This document shows positions 1 through 11,115 of a DNA stretch of 64,000 nt, in pieces. Source of the DNA: an uncultured delta proteobacterium (GTDB lineage: Bacteria; Myxococcota_A; UBA9160; UBA4427); assembly GCA_963822965.1 (NCBI GenBank), contig CAWGJT010000006.1, forward strand, positions 160,001 to 224,000. Reading direction: 5' to 3'. A program made the translations under genes and the position numbers. Under the pieces are notes generated by a model. It searched no databases. It saw only the letters and a program-made list of their open reading frames with translations, and was not told where the DNA came from. Numbering within the stretch: position 1 is the stretch's first letter; each line of letters starts with the position of its first letter.

Positions 1-93
1 AGGGGGATCGACTGCCCGAGCACCGCACGGCCCGCGGGTGGTGGGGCCGGGCCGAGGGAACCGCAAATCACCCGAGCGTGGGGAGGACCCCGG

Positions 94-110
94 CTGGCAT
101 GGGCGTTGCA
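94..110 (+). promoter_or_regulatory. sigma54 (-24/-12) promoter
   Basis: CTGGCATGGGCGTTGCA matches consensus YTGGCACGRNNNTTGCW with exact GG-N10-GC spacing, 64 nt upstream of the ATG at 174. Confidence 0.65.
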
Positions 111-173
111 CAATCCCCGGACGGTTGCGCAATCCCCGCACGATTGGACACACGGAGAGGAGACAGCACGTAC

Positions 174-476
174 ATGACCGAGAAGACAGGGTCGACCGAG
201 GCAACGAGCTCCACGGGCATCCAGGAAACCCTGGGTGGTACCCTGCGCTTCCTGGGAAGACACTGGCGCGGGCTTCTGCGTGGCGCGGCGGTGCTCGCGC
301 TCGTCGTCGTGGTGCTGCAGAACATCGAGCCCACCAGCATCGACGTCCTCTTCTGGTCGATCCACGGGGTCCCGAAGCTCGTTCTGCTGACCGTCTTCAT
401 GGCGCTGGGCGCAGCGCTCTGGGAGATCGGCCGCCGCCTGCTGCGCGCGGGACCGGATCGCGCGGGAGCCACCTAG
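174..476 (+). CDS. LapA/DUF1049-like small membrane protein
   Basis: Two hydrophobic segments around the 'QNIEPTSIDVLFWS' motif (QN..v.v.flfw pattern); purine-rich SD (GGAGAGGAG) upstream of ATG 174. Confidence 0.7.
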   Translation: MTEKTGSTEATSSTGIQETLGGTLRFLGRHWRGLLRGAAVLALVVVVLQNIEPTSIDVLFWSIHGVPKLVLLTVFMALGAALWEIGRRLLRAGPDRAGAT

Positions 477-658
477 CCCCGATGCGTCGTTCCTCGAGCT
501 TCTCGCGTGCCGCAGAGCCCACCAGCCCTTGCGGATCCCGCGAGATCGCTCGAATCAGCCTGAGCGCGACAACCTCATCGTCGGGAGATCCGGGTGCCGG
601 ACTCGGATCGCGGCACGGACCGAGCAGCCGCGTCAATCCGAACAGCATTGGGAGTTGC

Positions 659-685
659 GCCCTGATCCGGTTGACGGATCAGGGC
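659..685. terminator. perfect 11-bp stem hairpin at the 3' end of the DUF72 gene
   Basis: GCCCTGATCCG-GTTGA-CGGATCAGGGC abutting the stop codon; no U-tract. Confidence 0.5.
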
Positions 686-1425
686 TAGGCGCCCGCCGCG
701 TTCTCCACGTAGCGGGCCAGCCTGGCCGCATCCTCCACGGCGTGGCCGGCCTCGTCGTTGTTGAAGTAGGCGTAGACGTCGAGGCCATGGCAACGGTGGG
801 CCTCGATGCGTTCCGCCTCGGCAGTCAGCCGCTGGTGGGCATAGCCTCCCTTGTATTCGTGGCCGTGGAAGCGGAGATAGCTCCAGCCCGCGGTCACCTC
901 CCGAGGGTGGTTCTCGATCATGTCGTGGATGCAGAGCCCAGCCTGGTGGTCGCGCAGGACGGCGTAGACCGGCTCGCAGAGCCAGCGCGGGTCGCGAAAC
1001 TCGAACGCCCAGCGCAGCCCGCGCGGCGCCACCGCGAGGAAGCGGGCCAGGCGGTCCACGTCCGGCGCCCAGCGCGGAGGAAGCTGCACCAGGATGGGGC
1101 CGAGACGGTCGCCGAGACGGCGAGCGAGCCCGACGAAATGCTGCACCGTCTCCTCGGGGGCCTTCAGATGCTTCAGATGGGAGCCGTAGCGGCTGAACTT
1201 GAGTGCAAAGCGAAACGCCTTGCCGACGGCGTCCCGCCAGCCGTCGAAGCTCGAAGCGCTCGGCAGCCGGTAGAAGGTGTTGTTGATCTCGACCGTGGCG
1301 AAGCGCGTCGCATAGAAGCCCAGCCACTCTTGCTTCGGCAGGTCGTCCGGGTAGAAGACGCCCTTCCAGTGGTCGTACTGATAGCCGGAGGTGCCGACGA
1401 AGCAGCGGCCCCGCTTCCGGGCCAT
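685..1425 (-). CDS. DUF72 (YecE-like) protein
   Basis: Motifs VGTSGYQYDHW, VEINNTFYRLP, GPILVQLPP, AFEFRDPRW, YLRFHG, YAYFNND. Confidence 0.92.
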   Translation of the reverse strand: MARKRGRCFVGTSGYQYDHWKGVFYPDDLPKQEWLGFYATRFATVEINNTFYRLPSASSFDGWRDAVGKAFRFALKFSRYGSHLKHLKAPEETVQHFVGLARRLGDRLGPILVQLPPRWAPDVDRLARFLAVAPRGLRWAFEFRDPRWLCEPVYAVLRDHQAGLCIHDMIENHPREVTAGWSYLRFHGHEYKGGYAHQRLTAEAERIEAHRCHGLDVYAYFNNDEAGHAVEDAARLARYVENAAGA

Positions 1426-1428
1426 CGC

Positions 1429-2214
1429 TCAGTCCCGCTCCGGCTGGCAGCGCGGGCACCAGAGCGCCGTCCGCCCCGCGACCCGGCCTCGCGCGAGCGA
1501 AGCACCGCAACGGGGACAGCCCGCCTCGCGCTCCTCACGGACGCTCTCGAGCCAGCCCGCCCGCGCCGGGATCCGGCCGTGTCGCATGGAGGCGCGCAGC
1601 ACCTCGCGCATGCCGTCGTAGAGCGCGCGGAGCCTTCTTTCCGAGAGGCCGCACACGGCCGTCGCCGGGTGGATCCGCGCGCGCCAGAGGATCTCGTCGG
1701 AGAGCTCGTTGCCCAGGCCTGCCAGCAGCGACTGGTCCATCAGTGCGGCCTTGATGCCACCGCGGCGATCGGCGAAGCGGGCCCGCAGCTCGTCCCACCG
1801 CATCGCTGCGGCATCGGGACCGAGCTCCCCCGTCACACGCGTGAGGGGGGAGCCCTCCCGGACGAGCCAGATCCCGCCCAGCCTTCGCTGGGAGCGGTAT
1901 CGCAGGGTTCCCCGGTCCGTCTCGAAGACCACGCCGTCGTAGGCGCCGTCCGCTTCGTCCCGACTCGTCCAATGGAGGTCGCCCGTCATCCCGAAGTGGA
2001 CGGCGAGCAGGTGCTTCTCGATCGGGGCGAGCAGCCACTTGCCGTGACGCCGGGGGGTGTCGAAGGCCCGGCCCTGCAGCGCGCGCCCCAGACCCTGGGG
2101 CGAGGAGTTCCGGATCAACACCGGCGCGGGTGCGCGCACGTGCGCGACGCGCGCGCCGGTCACGTGGCGCGCCCAGATCCGGCGGAATCGCTCCACGTCC
2201 GCAAGCTCGGGCAT
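1429..2214 (-). CDS. Fpg/Nei family DNA glycosylase
   Basis: N-terminal MPELADVE, RHGKWL, HFGMTG, H2TH motif LMDQSLLAGLGNELSDEIL, C-terminal CPRC...CPRC zinc finger. Confidence 0.92.
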   Translation of the reverse strand: MPELADVERFRRIWARHVTGARVAHVRAPAPVLIRNSSPQGLGRALQGRAFDTPRRHGKWLLAPIEKHLLAVHFGMTGDLHWTSRDEADGAYDGVVFETDRGTLRYRSQRRLGGIWLVREGSPLTRVTGELGPDAAAMRWDELRARFADRRGGIKAALMDQSLLAGLGNELSDEILWRARIHPATAVCGLSERRLRALYDGMREVLRASMRHGRIPARAGWLESVREEREAGCPRCGASLARGRVAGRTALWCPRCQPERD

Positions 2215-2380
2215 CGCTCCAAGTCATAGCAGCCGGCATGCGGGACCCTGTCGAGAGCGGACCCGGTAGGCCGACGAGAGGGAATTCGCGACCTCCATTC
2301 CCGACCGGGGAGGATCCGGGTACCCTCCCTCTCTCGCCGAGCCAGCAACCGCCCCGGGAGGCGGGAGGAGGAGGAAGAAG

Positions 2381-3010
2381 ATGAATCGCCATGGAATCGC
2401 CGCGCCGATCTTCGCCCTGTGGATGGGCCTCACCCTGGCGCTCGTCGCGCAGGCGCAGTCCGTCCAGAAGGAGCAGGTCGGCACGGCGTTCACGGGCAAG
2501 GTCGTATCCGTGGACGCGGCGACCGGGACCCTGCGCGTCCAGGGCGCGAACGGGGAGAAGGGCGCCTTCCACGTCGACGCCGCCCGAACGACCATCATGT
2601 CCGGGGACGAGAAGATCGCGCTGTCGGGCCTGCACGAGGGCGACTGGGTCGCCGTCGACGCCGACGCGAGCGGCAAGCAGCGGGTCGCCACCTACATCGA
2701 GGTGACGGACGACCCGAGTGGACGCAAGGACTCGAGCCCGGCGCTCGCGACCGCGGCCGGTGCCACCGTCGAGGTCCGCCACAACAAGCTCTCCCCGGCG
2801 GCCGTCCAGATCGCGGCCGGCCAGACGGTGACCTTCCACAACATCGACAAGATGCCCGGCGGACACACGGTCGAGGCCGTCGACGGCTCGTTCTCGAGCC
2901 CCCCGCTCGACCAGGGCGAGGACTGGTCCCACGACTTCGACGTGCCCGGCGTGTATCGGGTGCGGATCAAGGAGCACCCGAAGGCGGAGGCCAGCATCGT
3001 CGTCGAGTAG
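2381..3010 (+). CDS. secreted protein: beta-barrel (OB-like) domain + cupredoxin-fold domain with degenerate Cu site
   Basis: Strong SD GGAGGAGG; signal peptide; 'IAAGQTVTFHN...HTV...FSSPPLDQGEDWSHDFDVPGVY' resembles amicyanin/plastocyanin. Confidence 0.75.
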   Translation: MNRHGIAAPIFALWMGLTLALVAQAQSVQKEQVGTAFTGKVVSVDAATGTLRVQGANGEKGAFHVDAARTTIMSGDEKIALSGLHEGDWVAVDADASGKQRVATYIEVTDDPSGRKDSSPALATAAGATVEVRHNKLSPAAVQIAAGQTVTFHNIDKMPGGHTVEAVDGSFSSPPLDQGEDWSHDFDVPGVYRVRIKEHPKAEASIVVE

Positions 3011-3067
3011 CCGAGTCGAGGACGGCCGGAACGCAGGATCCCCCGACGCGGGTCTCCGCCGTGGGCC

Positions 3068-3600
3068 TCAGGTCGCCCGCAGGCCGCGCCGGGTGAGGGC
3101 GCAGCCGCCCAGCCCCAGCTGGGCGAGCACGAGCAGAACCAGGGAGCCGGAGGAGAGCGCGGGCACCGGGACTCCCGCCTGCGGCGCGAGCTGTCGTTCC
3201 AGCTGCACGCCGGCGATTCCCATGCAGGCGAACGCGCCCGTGCCCTGCCCCTCGATCTGGAGGCTGCCGTCGCTGACGAGCGCGTCGCCCAGGGCCACGG
3301 ATACGCCGGCTGCAGCTGGGCGCCCGTGTTCCCGGGAAGCTCCGCGAGCGCCGCCCCCTGAAACACCGTGACGTCGCCGGTGGAGACGCCGGCCGCGGAG
3401 GGCGCGTAGACCCAGACGCGGTAGAGCCCGTCGAGGAGGCCGTCGAGGTCGAGCTTCCAGATGGCCGTGTCGCAGTCGCCCCCGAAGTCGCCCATCAGGG
3501 CCTGCGCGTCGGGAGGAGAGCCGGGGCCGAAGCCCGCGTCCGACTGCGTCGTCAGGGTCGCCGTCACCGGGGACGCCAGGCCACTGGCCGTCACCGGTAC
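3068..3600 (-). pseudogene. 5'-truncated surface protein with IPTL-CTERM-like sorting tail
   Basis: Two frames join near 3305; ends VPALSSGSLVLLVLAQLGLGGCALTRR (VP(A/T)LS, TM helix, basic residues); no signal peptide or start, cut at the AT-rich block at ~3600. Confidence 0.6.
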
Positions 3601-3614
3601 GTCCAGTACCCGGG

Positions 3615-3686
3615 TAGCAACCCACCCGCTTGCTATATCAAGCACTACGCGTATTTGCTTGATAAAGTATGATTGCTTTGTATACT
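3615..3686 (+). promoter_or_regulatory. AT-rich inverted-repeat cluster overlapping a sigma70 promoter
   Basis: TAGCAA-N9-TTGCTA (3615-3635); TATCAAGCA-N11-TGCTTGATA (3636-3664); TTGATA(3659)-N16-TATACT(3681). Confidence 0.6.
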
Positions 3687-3724
3687 ACGCACTCGGGCGC
3701 AAAGGCACCCGCAGGATCGCCTCC

Positions 3725-3873
3725 ATGAGCGGGGCCTATGCGCTCAGCGGCGAGGCGATCGACGAGGCGCTGACGCGGACGTCATTCCCGTGGACGCCCC
3801 GGCGCTCGGCCGCGTAGGAAACGCCGAAAACAGCCATACGCGCTTCGCCTACAGCTACGCGCGCTCTGCCGAG
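3725..3873 (+). pseudogene. internally deleted remnant of a small hypothetical (possibly GIY-YIG-like) protein
   Basis: MSGAYALSGEAIDEALTRTS joined out of frame to [29 protein letters not shown]; both pieces recalled as N- and C-parts of one hypothetical family. Confidence 0.4.
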
Positions 3874-3934
3874 GATCCACATCTTCATGAAACGGAGCTC
3901 AAAGGTGGCGCTCCCGAGGATCGATCGAATCACG

Positions 3935-5377
3935 ATGAATGCACATGTGTCGCTGTCCGGACTGGACTCCGCCTTCCTCTCCTTGGAGACGCCGAGCACC
4001 CCCATGCACATGATCGGGACGTTCGTGCTCGATGCTTCGAGCGCCAGCGGCGGCTACTCCTTCGAACGAATCCTCCGCCTGTTGGAGGATCGAATGCCCG
4101 ATCTGGCTCCCTTCCGTCGCCGGCTGGCCGCGATTCCGTTCGGCCTGGACCATCCGGTATGGATCGACGATCCCGACCTCCGGATTCGGAGCCACGTCTA
4201 TCGCGTCGGGGCGCCCGCTCCGGGGTCGGACCAGGTTCTCGCCAGCCTGGTCGCCCAGATCGCCTCGCAGCCGCTCGACCGGACCCGGCCGCTGTGGGAG
4301 CTCAGGGTGATCGAAGGCCTGGCCGAAGGCAGGGTGGCCCTCGTCTTCAAGATGCACCACGCCATCGCCGACGGCGTCTCGGCGATCCTGCTCCTGCTGC
4401 AGCTACTCGATTCCTCGCCCGAGGGAGCGGATGCGGGCAGGTCCCACGAACGCGTGCGGAGGGATCCGGCTCCCACGAGCAAGGCGCTGCTGGCCCACGC
4501 ACTCTCGCGCCTGCCCCAGCGATCCGCGCGCTTCGCGCGACTCCTGCGCGACACGGCGGCATCGCTGGTGAGCATGGGCCGTTCCACGGTCGGCAGGGAC
4601 GCGGGCAGCAGCCGAATGCCGATGCCCTTCAGCGGACCCCGGACGCCCTGGAACGGGGCGACTTCGCCGCAGCGGACGGTGGCGTATGGAAGGGCCCGGC
4701 TCGCCGACGTGAAGACGATCAATTCGGTCTACGGCACGACCGTCAATCACGTCGTTCTCGCTGCGTGCACCCAGACCCTCCGGAACTACCTGGAGGCCCA
4801 TGGCGGGACACCGGATGCTCCCCTGGTGGCGGCGGTCCCGGTCTCCCTGAGAACCCCGGAGGAGCTGGAGACGTACGGCAACCGCATCTCGGCCCTCCTC
4901 GTGCACCTTCCGGTCCACCTGGCCGATCCCGTGGAACAGCTACTCGCCGTGCGTCACGACGCGCAGTCGTCGAAGCAGATCCACGCTGATCTCGGTGTTG
5001 CCGCGCTGGGAGAGTGGGCCGAGTTCACTTCCGCGGCGCTCCTCACGAGCGCCGCTCGTTTCTACTCGGACCGGAAGCTCGCAGCCCGACATCGCCCCCT
5101 CCACAACCTGGTGATCTCGAACGTCCGAGGGCCTGGAACTCCCCTCTACGCCGCCGGCGCGAGGGTGACCGCTGCCTATCCGCTGGGCCCGCTGATGGAA
5201 GGAGCGGGCATGAACATCACGGTCGTGAGCTACATGGACTCGGTCGACTTCGGAATCATCGCGTGCGAGCGATCGGTCCCCCACGTGGCAGACATCGCAC
5301 TCGGGTTCGGCGCGGCGGTGGCCGACCTCTTCAAGATCGCCCTCGAAGCGCAAGAAGACGGCGAATCCGAGACGTGA
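3935..5377 (+). CDS. wax ester synthase/diacylglycerol acyltransferase (WS/DGAT)
   Basis: LSGLDSAFLSLETPSTPMHM start, catalytic HHAIADG (HHxxxDG), NLVISNVRGP; start 3935 or 3887. Confidence 0.93.
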   Translation: MNAHVSLSGLDSAFLSLETPSTPMHMIGTFVLDASSASGGYSFERILRLLEDRMPDLAPFRRRLAAIPFGLDHPVWIDDPDLRIRSHVYRVGAPAPGSDQVLASLVAQIASQPLDRTRPLWELRVIEGLAEGRVALVFKMHHAIADGVSAILLLLQLLDSSPEGADAGRSHERVRRDPAPTSKALLAHALSRLPQRSARFARLLRDTAASLVSMGRSTVGRDAGSSRMPMPFSGPRTPWNGATSPQRTVAYGRARLADVKTINSVYGTTVNHVVLAACTQTLRNYLEAHGGTPDAPLVAAVPVSLRTPEELETYGNRISALLVHLPVHLADPVEQLLAVRHDAQSSKQIHADLGVAALGEWAEFTSAALLTSAARFYSDRKLAARHRPLHNLVISNVRGPGTPLYAAGARVTAAYPLGPLMEGAGMNITVVSYMDSVDFGIIACERSVPHVADIALGFGAAVADLFKIALEAQEDGESET

Positions 5378-5385
5378 CCAGCCAA

Positions 5386-5428
5386 GCTCGACCCGGGAAT
5401 GCCTCCGGTTGCTCCGGGGTCGGCTTTT
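5386..5428 (+). terminator. possible intrinsic terminator after WS/DGAT
   Basis: Imperfect stem CGACCCGGGA...TCCGGGGTCG followed by GCTTTT. Confidence 0.35.
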
Positions 5429-5492
5429 GCGTCCGGCCATGAGCCCCGGTGGCGCGGATCTGCGTAGCTCATCAGGCGCGCTTCACGGATTG

Positions 5493-5521
5493 CTTGCCCT
5501 CTTTGATTTGCGTGCTATTCT
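5493..5521 (+). promoter_or_regulatory. groES promoter (TTGCCC-N16-TATTCT, extended -10) with overlapping degenerate CIRCE-like repeat
   Basis: TTGCCC 5494-5499, TG at 5513-5514, TATTCT 5516-5521; CTTGCCCTC-N8-GCGTGCTAT versus CIRCE TTAGCACTC-N9-GAGTGCTAA. Confidence 0.45.
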
Positions 5522-5647
5522 TAGCAGTTCTGGCGGATGCTCGCACGGCGGTCCCCAGCTCGGCGGACGAGAAACAGCATGCGCTGAAGCCAATGGATCA
5601 AGTGGACCCGGCGCGTCAAGCGGAGACCACTGCGGGAGAATCAAGCC

Positions 5648-5935
5648 ATGAAGGTGAGACCGTTGCACGACCGACTCCTCGTAAAGCGCATCGAGGGAGA
5701 AGAGAAGACCAAGGGGGGGCTCATCATCCCCGATACCGCCAAGGAGAAGCCCATCGAGGGCAAGGTCATCGCTGCGGGCAAGGGGAAGGTCGACGAAGAC
5801 GGCAAGCTCCGCCCACTCGACGTACACGAGGGAGACCGGGTGCTCTTCGGCAAGTATTCCGGCACCGAGATTCAGCTCGAGGGTGACGAACATCTGATCA
5901 TTCGCGAGGACGACGTCCTCGCGGTGCTCGAGTAG
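5648..5935 (+). CDS. groES: co-chaperonin GroES
   Basis: [14 protein letters not shown]...[13 protein letters not shown]...[13 protein letters not shown]. Confidence 0.98.
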   Translation: MKVRPLHDRLLVKRIEGEEKTKGGLIIPDTAKEKPIEGKVIAAGKGKVDEDGKLRPLDVHEGDRVLFGKYSGTEIQLEGDEHLIIREDDVLAVLE

Positions 5936-7966
<2,031 letters not shown>

Positions 7967-8003
7967 CCGAATTCGCCTGTGGAGCAAGGCCGACGCAGCA
8001 AGC

Positions 8004-8658
8004 TCAGTCGTCGATGAAACGCTCTCGCAGCTTCTTGACCTGGCCCTGAGAGCACACCACGTACACCGTGTCGCTGCTCGCGGATCCGGGTCGTCGTCCC
8101 CGGCCAGCTCCGCCTCGCCCTCGCGCGTGACGGCCAGAGGCCCTCGCGCCGTCGGGCAGCCGGAGGTCGGCAACCGTGCCCTCCTCGCTCTTCCGGGCGG
8201 CGAAGGAGAAGAAGCGGATGCCCGTCTTCATGAGCGGCGCCAGATCCACGCTCTCGATGCCCGCGACGCGATCGGCCACCGCGTTGGCCGTCTCCTGGCT
8301 GGGGATGAGGACGTCCTCCAGGCCCAGCTCGGCGCAGAGTCCACCGAAGTCGGAATCCTCGATCATGGCCACCACCCGTGTCGAACCCGAGGCGTTTGCC
8401 CGCCAGGGCGGCCAGGATGTTGTCCTGGTCACTCCCGGTCATGCAGAACAGGAAGTCCGTGTTGCCGGGGCCGAGCTCGGACAACACGGCCGGCCGGCTG
8501 CCGTCCCCATGGACGAGGCCGCAGTCGAGGCCCATCTCCTCGAGCGCTTTCAGCCGCTCCTCCCCCGCGTCGACGATCACCACTTCGTGTCCGTTCGCGA
8601 GCAGGGAACGCGCCGACTCGACCACCTGGCCGGTCGCCCCGATGAAGACGATGCGCAT
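8004..8658 (-). CDS. trkA: TrkA/KtrA family K+ uptake regulatory subunit (RCK); frameshifts near 8385 and 8090-8125
   Basis: MRIVFIGA Rossmann start, GHEVVIVD, VHGDGSRPAVL, TGSDQDNILAAL; SD AGGAGGAG 7 nt upstream of ATG 8658. Confidence 0.85.
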
Positions 8659-10123
8659 CACGAAGCTCCTCCTGCGCCCGAGCCAGGTGGAGGGACGCAA
8701 GAGGACGATGAACGCCACCACCTCCACGCGCCCCATGAGCATGTCGAGCGACAGCACACCCTTCAGGAAGGCCGGAAGCTCCGCGCTGGTGATCCCCGCC
8801 GAGAGCCCCACGGTTCCCACCGCCGACACCACCTCGAAGAGGCTGTCGAGCGGAGCATAGCCGTAGGTGAGAAAGGCGAGCCACGAGAGCGCGACGAGGA
8901 TGCCGAACGCGGAGACCACGCCCACCACCCACTCGACCTCGTCGGGCGAGACGGGGTCGCCGCCCAGCCGGAGGCTTGCACGTCCGGAGCGGAGGATGGA
9001 GATCCGGTCGAGCAGCAGCCCCAGGATTCGCAGGCAGACCAGCAAGCGGAAGATCTTGATGCCGCCGGCCGTCGAGCCGAGCCCGCCTCCCACGAACATC
9101 GAGGCGATCACGATGAGCTTCGGCCCAGGCGCGAGCTCCGACATCGCAATGCTGGAGAAGCCCGCCGTCGTCTGGGCCGAGACCGCGGTGACCGCGAGAT
9201 CCGCGAGCGGGACGGCAGCGTCGGTGGAGAGCCATTGAAACCCGGCGAGGGCGGCGACGGCGAGCGCGCACAGAAGCGCCAGGCTTCGCAGCTGGGGATC
9301 CGACAGGATCTGCCGAGGGTGCCGGTAGAGCGTGCGGTAGTAGAGCGAGAGCGGCACGGCCCCCGCGAAGCAGAGCGCCAGGATGGTCACGCGGACGCGG
9401 CCCGGAAAGACGGCCAGGCTGCCGTCATGGCTCGCGAAGCCACCGGTCGAGACCGAGGCGAACGCGTGGAGCGTGGCATCGAAGGCGCCCACGCCGAGCG
9501 CGACCAGGGCGCCGACCCCGAGCAGCGTGAGCGCCAGATAGGTCACCAGCACCCGGCGGGCGTGGGCGCGCGTTCCCCCCACCACGTCGTCGACTTCCCG
9601 CGAGTCGAAGCCCATGCGCTGCGCCGAGACGCCGGGCGTCACGATCGAGTGCGAGGGCCAGCACCAGGACGCCGAGCCCGCCGAGCCACTGGAGCCAGGC
9701 GCGGGCGAAGAGCAGGCCCGCCGGCGCATCCTCGACGGAGGCCAGCACGCTCAGACCGGTCGTGGTCGCTCCGGACACGGCCTCGAACCAAGCGTCCAGC
9801 GGGGTCATTCCGTAGGCGGTGAGAGGGATCGCCCCGGCGAGCGAGGCGATCCCGAACACGAGCGCGCTAAGGACGAGGGCCTCGTTGCGCTGGAGATCCG
9901 CGCGGCTGCCCGCCTTCCAGCCGAGCGCCCCGAGCCCGGCAAGCCCCCCGGCCACGGCCAGGCTGTAGAGCGCCACGTCCGGTCGACCGCTTCCCCAGGC
10001 GACCGCCGCGGGCACGCAGGTCAGGACCCCCAGTGGGCCCAGCAACAGGCCCAGGTAGTGCGCGAGAACGGCGGTGCGGGCCGCAAAGCGCAGGCTGTCG
10101 AGGGCGCGGGAGCCGGTCGGCAT
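8659..10123 (-). CDS. trkH: TrkH/KtrB family K+ uptake membrane subunit (frameshift near 9650)
   Basis: Pore motifs FEAVSGATTTGLS, SVSTGGF, SAQTTAGFS, GGGLGSTAGGIK, FEVVSAVGTVGLSAG, MLMGRVE. Confidence 0.9.
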
Positions 10124-10395
10124 GGAGTCGGTGAGCCCGGGTCGTGTTCGAGAGGTGCGATCTCTGCGATGGACATACCACACACGGGTCCGAGAGGCCG
10201 CCCGGCCCGCCGCCGCGCCGGTCCGCTGCTCGACCGGGTGCGAGCTTCGTCAGCGAGCGATGCCGGAACGTCGGGCCGGAACGACGTGTCCATCCCGAGT
10301 CGTCCCCTTCAGGAACCTGAAGAGGTCACTGTAGGTCCTGCGCGCGGTTGCCCCGAATTCTGGCGGCCTCGCCGCGCAGGGCGGGCACCCTCCAG

Positions 10396-10548
10396 TCATC
10401 CCAAAGGCCTTCGGCCCTGGATGACACGAACCACGATCACCACGAGCGCAATGACCAGGAGGATGTGAACCAATCCTCCCATTGTGTGCGAGGTGACCAG
10501 ACCCACCACCCACAGGATGATCAAGATGATCGCGATGGTTTCTAGCAC
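10396..10548 (-). CDS. lmo0937-like small membrane protein
   Basis: GTG start with SD GAGGAGGAG; LETIAIILIILWVVGLVTSHTMGGLVHILLVIA..IQGRR. Confidence 0.85.
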   Translation of the reverse strand: MLETIAIILIILWVVGLVTSHTMGGLVHILLVIALVVIVVRVIQGRRPLG

Positions 10549-10645
10549 TTGCTCCTCCTCCAACGGCCGGGTAGCGCCGCTCGGAATCGCCGGCCCCAAC
10601 GAGCCCCCCCGGCGGCGGTGGCCCAGGATCCACGCCGATCCGGAC

Positions 10646-10834
10646 TCAGTCGAGCGCATCCTTCACGTCATCGACGACCTCTTCGACCTTCTTCTTGGCC
10701 TTTTCAACCGCCTGCTTGACCTTCCCGGCGGCTTGGTCGGACTTCCCTTCCCGCTTCATCTTCTTGTCACCGGTCAGGGCCCCTGCAGCCTCCTTCACGC
10801 GCCCCTTCGCTTGGTCGGACTTTCCGCTCGTCAT
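10646..10834 (-). CDS. csbD: CsbD family general stress protein
   Basis: DQAKGRVKEAAGALTGD...EGKSDQAAGKVK. Confidence 0.92.
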   Translation of the reverse strand: MTSGKSDQAKGRVKEAAGALTGDKKMKREGKSDQAAGKVKQAVEKAKKKVEEVVDDVKDALD

Positions 10835-11115
10835 GGCTGATTCTCCCATCCCTTGTCCGTTGTAGCCAATGCTAGCGCCCAGAGCGGCGCGTTTCCTGCG
10901 CCACGACTGCGCCCCCTCCCCTCTGACCTCGGATTGTGGCAGTTCGACCCACGCAGTGCGCCCCAACGTCACATGTGTACCGACGACGGCGATCCTCCGG
11001 AACCTCGTCATGACCGTCAACTCTCACTATTTTGTGAACAGCCGAGGTTGGGTGGGTCGATCGTTCGAATGGATACGCGCTTGAACGTGGGGCGACCCCT
11101 GGAGACGGCGGGATC

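Noticed and set aside
397..648. Small minus-strand ORF with a HEAT-like phrase (DPQGLVGSAAREKLE)
   Set aside because: No SD, overlaps the LapA-like gene, and similarity is too weak to call
5521..5547. TTAGCAGTT as the left arm of a canonical CIRCE
   Set aside because: No matching GAGTGCTAA arm 9 nt downstream
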